DNA from: a virus
Taxonomy: Duplodnaviria > Caudoviricetes
Virus record (IMG/VR): IMGVR_UViG_3300012990_000007
Location: 1-38,378 of that record
Direction: 5' to 3' (one strand)
DNA length: 38,378 bases
This document shows positions 34,004 to 38,378 of the stretch, piece by piece; position 1 is the stretch's first letter; each line of letters begins with the position of its first letter. The notes beneath the pieces were generated by a model, which saw only the letters and a program-made list of their open reading frames with translations, had not been told where the DNA came from and did not search any database. A program made the translations under genes and the position numbers.

Positions 34004-34816
34004 ATGGCAACAACGACAACCAACCTGCGGCTGAAAAAGCCGGAGGTGGGAGCGGATTCTGACGTTTGGGGCGGCTACTGGAACGACAATGCCGACGCAC
34101 TCGACGCGCTGCTCAATGGGGTACTCTACGGCCTCACGCTTTCGACGGCTGGATCGTCAACGACATTCGCCGTTGCTGCCGGTGGCGCTTCCGGGATGGT
34201 GCTGGCATCGTCCATCTCCAAGACGACCGGATCATGGTCCGTCGGATCGACCAATGGATCGCTTGACACCGGCACGGTCGCGAACAGTACATGGTATCAT
34301 GTTTGGCTGATCCAGCGGGTTGATACAGGTGTGGTGGACGTTCTCACATCGCTATCGGCAACGGCCCCCACCATGCCCGCCAATTACACCATCAAGCGCC
34401 GCATTGGCTCGATGAAAACCAACGGGTCCGCACAGTGGACGGCATTTAGCCAGAACGGGGACGAGTTTCTCTGGCTTGCCCCGGTCGGAGACGCCGACAC
34501 CGTCACGCCAGCCAACACAAGCGCCGCGAGCCTTACACTAACGGTCCCCACGGGCGTCAAGGTTGATGCACGCTTTACTTTCGAACTGGATTGGGTGTCC
34601 GGCGCGCCAAACGGTTATATCTCATCGCTGGATCAAACCGACATCTCTACCGGGTTCATCGGCCCGTATGTGACAACCGACAGCCAATCTTCGATTGTTG
34701 ACATGGAGGTGCGGACAAACACATCCGCGCAAATCCGCGTCCGCTTCAACGCGACGACTTGTGTTTACTATTGCTACACGAATGGCTGGCGCGACTCTCG
34801 CGGGAGGAACGGCTGA
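34004..34816 (+). CDS. Tail fibre/spike protein
   Basis: N-terminal TTTNLRLKKPEVGADSDVWG anchor; LDTGTVANSTWYHVWLI...RRIGS. Confidence 0.8.
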   Translation: MATTTTNLRLKKPEVGADSDVWGGYWNDNADALDALLNGVLYGLTLSTAGSSTTFAVAAGGASGMVLASSISKTTGSWSVGSTNGSLDTGTVANSTWYHVWLIQRVDTGVVDVLTSLSATAPTMPANYTIKRRIGSMKTNGSAQWTAFSQNGDEFLWLAPVGDADTVTPANTSAASLTLTVPTGVKVDARFTFELDWVSGAPNGYISSLDQTDISTGFIGPYVTTDSQSSIVDMEVRTNTSAQIRVRFNATTCVYYCYTNGWRDSRGRNG

Positions 34817-34962
34817 TGTATATCCAGCGCAACCAACAGGGTGAAATCAGCGGCGCATTTGCCAACCGTCAAGACGGCTATGCGGAGGAATATGTCGCTG
34901 AAGACGCGCCTGAGCTTGTGGCGTGGCTGGAAGCTGTACGGGCAGCGCGGCTGGGGAACTAG
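34816..34962 (+). CDS. Small tail-fibre assembly chaperone-like protein (48 aa)
   Basis: GGAGG RBS, TGATG coupling; MYIQRNQQGEISGAFANRQDGYAEE. Confidence 0.65.
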   Translation: MYIQRNQQGEISGAFANRQDGYAEEYVAEDAPELVAWLEAVRAARLGN

Positions 34963-34968
34963 GCCGCA

Positions 34969-36441
34969 ATGGCGCGCTTTCCCCTGTCTTACCCTCCCGG
35001 CGTGTTCCGCAACGGCACGGATTACCAGAGCCAGGGCCGGTTCTATGACGCCTGGGGCGTCCGCTGGCACGGCAAGTCGTTTGGGCCCATTGGCGGCTCG
35101 CGCCCGCGCGGCACCGATACGGTTGACGGCACGGCCCGCGCTGCCCATGCGTGGAAGGATAACAGCAACAATACATGGATCGGGATTGCCTCGGACGAGG
35201 GGCTGTTCGTTTCAAACCGGCTGGGCGCCATAACCGACATCACGCCGGAATCCTTCACGGTCGGCGTTCCCGATGCGACGGGTGCGGGGGGATACGGCTC
35301 CGGGGCTTATGGTGCCGGTGCCTATGGCACGCCTCGCCCCGATGTGACCGAGATCATAGATGCAACACAGCCGAGCCTCGACACGTTCGGGGAAAACCTG
35401 ATTTTCATCAGCCCCAGCGACCGCAGTCTTTACAAGTGGGAACTGGATGACGAAACGCCAGCGGCCGTGAATGCGGCCGCCCCCGAGGGGGACGCGCTGG
35501 TCACCACTGCGGACGATTTTATTTTTGTTCTCGGCACGGATGACCCCCGCACGATTACATGGTGCGACCAGCGCGATGACAGCGAATGGACGCCAGACGC
35601 CACCAACCAGGCGGGCAGCTTTACCCTGCACACGCCGGGGCGCCTGATGTGCGGGCGTGTCGTGTCTGGTGGAACGCTGCTGCTGACCGATGAGGACGCA
35701 TGGTTGGCCGCAAATATCGGCGGGCAGCTTGTTTTCGGGTTCGATCTCAAGGGCAAGGGCTGCGGGGCAATCTCGCGCCAGTGCATGGTGCCGTTCGAGA
35801 TGAGCGCGGCATGGATGAGCCCGAGCGGCTTCTGGTTCTATAACGGCTACACCCAGAAGATTGAGTGCGATGTCTGGGATTATATCCAGCGCGACATCAA
35901 CATGATCCAGGCGTCGAAAATCTGGGGCGTGCATAATTCCGCCTTCTCTGAGATCGAGTGGTATTACTGCTCGGCGGAATCCAACGAAATAGACCGCTGC
36001 GTGATCTGGAATTACCGGGACAAGACCTGGAACATCGGTCGCCCGGCCCGCCTGTGCGGCACAGACGCGGTTGCGGGCCTGCAATACCCGGTTCGGGTCG
36101 GCGCGGATGGGCTGGTTTACGACCATGAGGTCGGCTTCGACTTTGACGGCGTAGAGCCTTTTGCGGAGGGCGGCCAGATCACCATCGGCAACGGCGACAA
36201 CACCTATGATGTCATGGGGATATACCCCGATGAAATCACGGTCGGGGATGTCATCGTGTCGTTTAACGCCAAGAACGAACGCGGCGACACATACACGGAA
36301 TTTGGGCCATACACTGCGTCGTCGCAGACGGACACGCGGTTCAATGCCCGGCAGGTGCGGACGAAGTTCACGGCCAATTCCATGACGCAGTGGCGCGTTG
36401 GCACCCCGGCCCTTGAGATCAAGATGGCGAGCAAGCGGTGA
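34969..36441 (+). CDS. Tail nozzle/head-closure protein (P22 gp10-like)
   Basis: 490 aa beta-propeller-like; PPGVFRNGTDYQSQGR, WTPDATNQAG, FSEIEWYY. Confidence 0.8.
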   Translation: MARFPLSYPPGVFRNGTDYQSQGRFYDAWGVRWHGKSFGPIGGSRPRGTDTVDGTARAAHAWKDNSNNTWIGIASDEGLFVSNRLGAITDITPESFTVGVPDATGAGGYGSGAYGAGAYGTPRPDVTEIIDATQPSLDTFGENLIFISPSDRSLYKWELDDETPAAVNAAAPEGDALVTTADDFIFVLGTDDPRTITWCDQRDDSEWTPDATNQAGSFTLHTPGRLMCGRVVSGGTLLLTDEDAWLAANIGGQLVFGFDLKGKGCGAISRQCMVPFEMSAAWMSPSGFWFYNGYTQKIECDVWDYIQRDINMIQASKIWGVHNSAFSEIEWYYCSAESNEIDRCVIWNYRDKTWNIGRPARLCGTDAVAGLQYPVRVGADGLVYDHEVGFDFDGVEPFAEGGQITIGNGDNTYDVMGIYPDEITVGDVIVSFNAKNERGDTYTEFGPYTASSQTDTRFNARQVRTKFTANSMTQWRVGTPALEIKMASKR

Positions 36442-36626
36442 ACCTTCCCCGCCCGCCTGAAGCCTATGATCCGAACGATCAGGCGCAGACGCGGGTTATT
36501 ATCGAGGCGGAAGACCGGCGCAACCTGAAGACAAACACGATATTTGACTCGATCACGCTTCGGGACACCGTGACGGGCAGCATCGTCAAACTGACGGTCG
36601 AATCCGGGGAAGTTGTCATAACGTGA
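36438..36626 (+). CDS. Small virion protein
   Basis: GTGA overlaps; LPRPPEAYD start. Confidence 0.7.
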   Translation: MNLPRPPEAYDPNDQAQTRVIIEAEDRRNLKTNTIFDSITLRDTVTGSIVKLTVESGEVVIT

Positions 36627-36991
36627 CGGCAGCGCAGGAGGCGTGGGCGCGGTGCAGACATCACATTGTCGCCGCGCTTCAAACCGCGCCCGGCTGTGAA
36701 ACCATCGAGGATGTGGAAGCCTGCATCGCGGACGGCAGTTACATATTCTTTGCCGGTGAGCGGTCGGCCTTCATTGCCGAAGTCGTGCATTTCAAACGCA
36801 AGACGGCGTTTTTCATCCATCACGGCGGCGGTGATCTGGATGAGCTTGTGAACATGGAGCCGAAGATTGTCCACCTCGCCAAGGAATTGGGGTGCGATCT
36901 GGTTATGGGCTCAGGACGCGAAGGCTGGAAGCGGGTGTTTCAAAAACACGGCTACCGCCTCGCTTGGATAGTTATGGTCAAGGAGTTGTAA
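36623..36991 (+). CDS. GNAT-fold-like assembly protein (P22 gp14 position)
   Basis: GGGDLDEL...AKELGC...GREGWKR. Confidence 0.7.
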   Translation: MTAAQEAWARCRHHIVAALQTAPGCETIEDVEACIADGSYIFFAGERSAFIAEVVHFKRKTAFFIHHGGGDLDELVNMEPKIVHLAKELGCDLVMGSGREGWKRVFQKHGYRLAWIVMVKEL

Positions 36992-38347
36992 ATGTCGGGC
37001 GGAAGCAAAACAACGAATTCAACCTCCACCCAGGAGGCCACCTCGAAAAACACGATTGACCCGCAGCAGTATCAAATGCTGATGGACAATTACGCATCGG
37101 CCCAGCAGAACGCCGACACCCTCACGCCGTACACCGGCACAATGGTCGCGCCCGAGAACCCGTATTTGACGCAGGGGTATAACGGCCTGCTGGACGTAGC
37201 GGGCAGCAATACCGGGACAACCACGCAGGCGCGCGATGCGCTATCCGGCATTCTCCAATACAAGCCGCAGAGCATTACCGCCCCGACTGCGGCGGTCCCC
37301 GGCCTGGTGACCGCCTACAGCGTCAGCAGCAACCCGATCATTGCCGATTTGCTGAAAAACGTGAACCTGCAAGACTATATGAACCCCTATCAGAATGAAG
37401 TGATCGACCGCTCGATGGCGGACTATCAGCGCGCCCGCGACATTCAGCAGGTCAACGATAACCAGTCCGCCACGGCGTCCAAGGCGTTCGGGGGGGCGCG
37501 GCAGGGCGTTGCCGACTCTCTCACCAATGACGCCTTTCTGCGTGCGTCTGGAACGGCGGCATCGAACCTGCGGGCATCGGGCTATGAGAACGCGCAGCGG
37601 TCGGCCTTGCAGGACATCGCCAACAAGTTCGGCGCGGATCAGTTCAATTCCAGCCAGAAGTTCGCCGCCGACAGCGCCAACGCGCAGGGGCAGTTCAACG
37701 CCGATGCCTTCAATGCCGGTATGCTTGGCGACTTCAACAAGTTCAACGCTGCCAACCAGATGGACGCGGCCAAGACCAACGCCACGAACGAACTGAACGC
37801 CATGCAGACGCAGCTTCAGGCATCGCAGCAGATGATGCAGCTGTCCGATCAGGAGCTTGCGCAGGCGATCCAGAAGGCTGGCCTTTCCATCAGTGTCGGG
37901 GAGGCCCGCCAGCAGCTGGAACAGGATATGTACATTGCGCAATATCAGGAGTTTCTGCGCCAGCAGGGCTTTGGCGAGCGCGAACAGCAGATGCTCAACG
38001 CGGCGCTGGGCTTGGTTCCGGCGCAACAGACCATAACTTCCAGCGGGTCTGGGACCGGCACGCAGACGGAGAAATCCAGCGTTGGGCTTGGTCAGATACT
38101 GCTGGCCGGTATCGGTGCGGCTGGTGCGGCGGCGGCTGGTGGAGCATTCAGCGACCGTCGCCTCAAGAAGGACATCGCGCAGGTCGGCAAAACCCCCGGC
38201 GGGCTCAATGTCTATTCGTTCAAGTACCTGTGGAACGACGAGCCGCAGATCGGCGTCATGGCCGACGAGGTTGAGAAGGTCATACCGTCCGCCGTTCTTG
38301 CGGGTCCGTGCGGCTTCAAAATGGTTGATTATTCGCAGGTGGTATAA
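36992..38347 (+). CDS. DNA ejection protein (P22 gp7 position) with C-terminal peptidase S74 autocleaving chaperone domain
   Basis: YMNPYQNEVID, AFGGARQGVA, Q/N/A-rich coils, hydrophobic Gly/Ala stretch, then SDRRLKKDI...GVMADEV...VDYSQV. Confidence 0.85.
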   Translation: MSGGSKTTNSTSTQEATSKNTIDPQQYQMLMDNYASAQQNADTLTPYTGTMVAPENPYLTQGYNGLLDVAGSNTGTTTQARDALSGILQYKPQSITAPTAAVPGLVTAYSVSSNPIIADLLKNVNLQDYMNPYQNEVIDRSMADYQRARDIQQVNDNQSATASKAFGGARQGVADSLTNDAFLRASGTAASNLRASGYENAQRSALQDIANKFGADQFNSSQKFAADSANAQGQFNADAFNAGMLGDFNKFNAANQMDAAKTNATNELNAMQTQLQASQQMMQLSDQELAQAIQKAGLSISVGEARQQLEQDMYIAQYQEFLRQQGFGEREQQMLNAALGLVPAQQTITSSGSGTGTQTEKSSVGLGQILLAGIGAAGAAAAGGAFSDRRLKKDIAQVGKTPGGLNVYSFKYLWNDEPQIGVMADEVEKVIPSAVLAGPCGFKMVDYSQVV

Positions 38348-38349
38348 CG

Positions 38350-38378
38350 ATGAGCATAACAAACCCCTGGGGCATGTT
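38350..38378 (+). CDS. Start of next ejection protein gene (truncated by window end)
   Basis: AGGTGG RBS-like element, ATG AGC ATA ACA..., open to the end. Confidence 0.5.

Larger units (their letters stand above)
1..38378. mobile_element. Temperate P22-like podophage genome, near complete, excised (attP) form
   Basis: Full set of integration, immunity, replication, packaging, head, short-tail, ejection and lysis genes; no host genes; no tape measure or sheath gene. Confidence 0.95.

Noticed and set aside
25670-38362. Long minus-strand ORFs opposite portal, capsid, adaptor, nozzle and ejection genes
   Set aside because: Shadow frames expected from GC-rich codon bias; no RBS or protein-like motifs
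38350-38378. Exact circular closure with position 1
   Set aside because: Joining the ends puts the 38350 ORF out of frame with 1-380 and no terminal overlap is visible; sequence is missing

Overview
Near-complete (~38.4 kb, probably <1.5 kb missing) genome of a temperate, lambdoid-organised, P22-like short-tailed phage, most likely of an alphaproteobacterium (inferred from gene families and GC-rich codon style). It is in the excised/virion configuration, with attP intact mid-window. The sequence is broken inside the second DNA-ejection gene: its start is at 38350 and its C-terminus at 1-380, and the two ends do not join in frame. Order: ejection proteins, lysis (endolysin, holin, Rz with embedded Rz1), phosphoesterase/DUF6378/SprT accessory module, attP-int-xis, leftward early operon (C5 methylase, HNH, NinB, SSB, Rad52-like annealase, exonuclease), OL-lipoprotein-cI-OR-cro, antisense morons, CII-like gene, replication, late regulator, terminase, portal, scaffold, capsid, tail. 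Highlights: (1) attP carries the 5' end (acceptor strand plus D-arm) of a tRNA-Gln-like gene rather than the usual 3' end, with a 7-bp core in the D-loop; (2) antisense gene cassettes with their own promoters sit in the pR operon, bounded by a repeated stop/start junction, while the sense strand is kept open by an unbroken chain of coupled ORFs; (3) a nested out-and-back repeat protein lies between terminase and portal; (4) several small genes and relics are missing from the ORF track. All family assignments come from motif recognition by eye; no searches were run.
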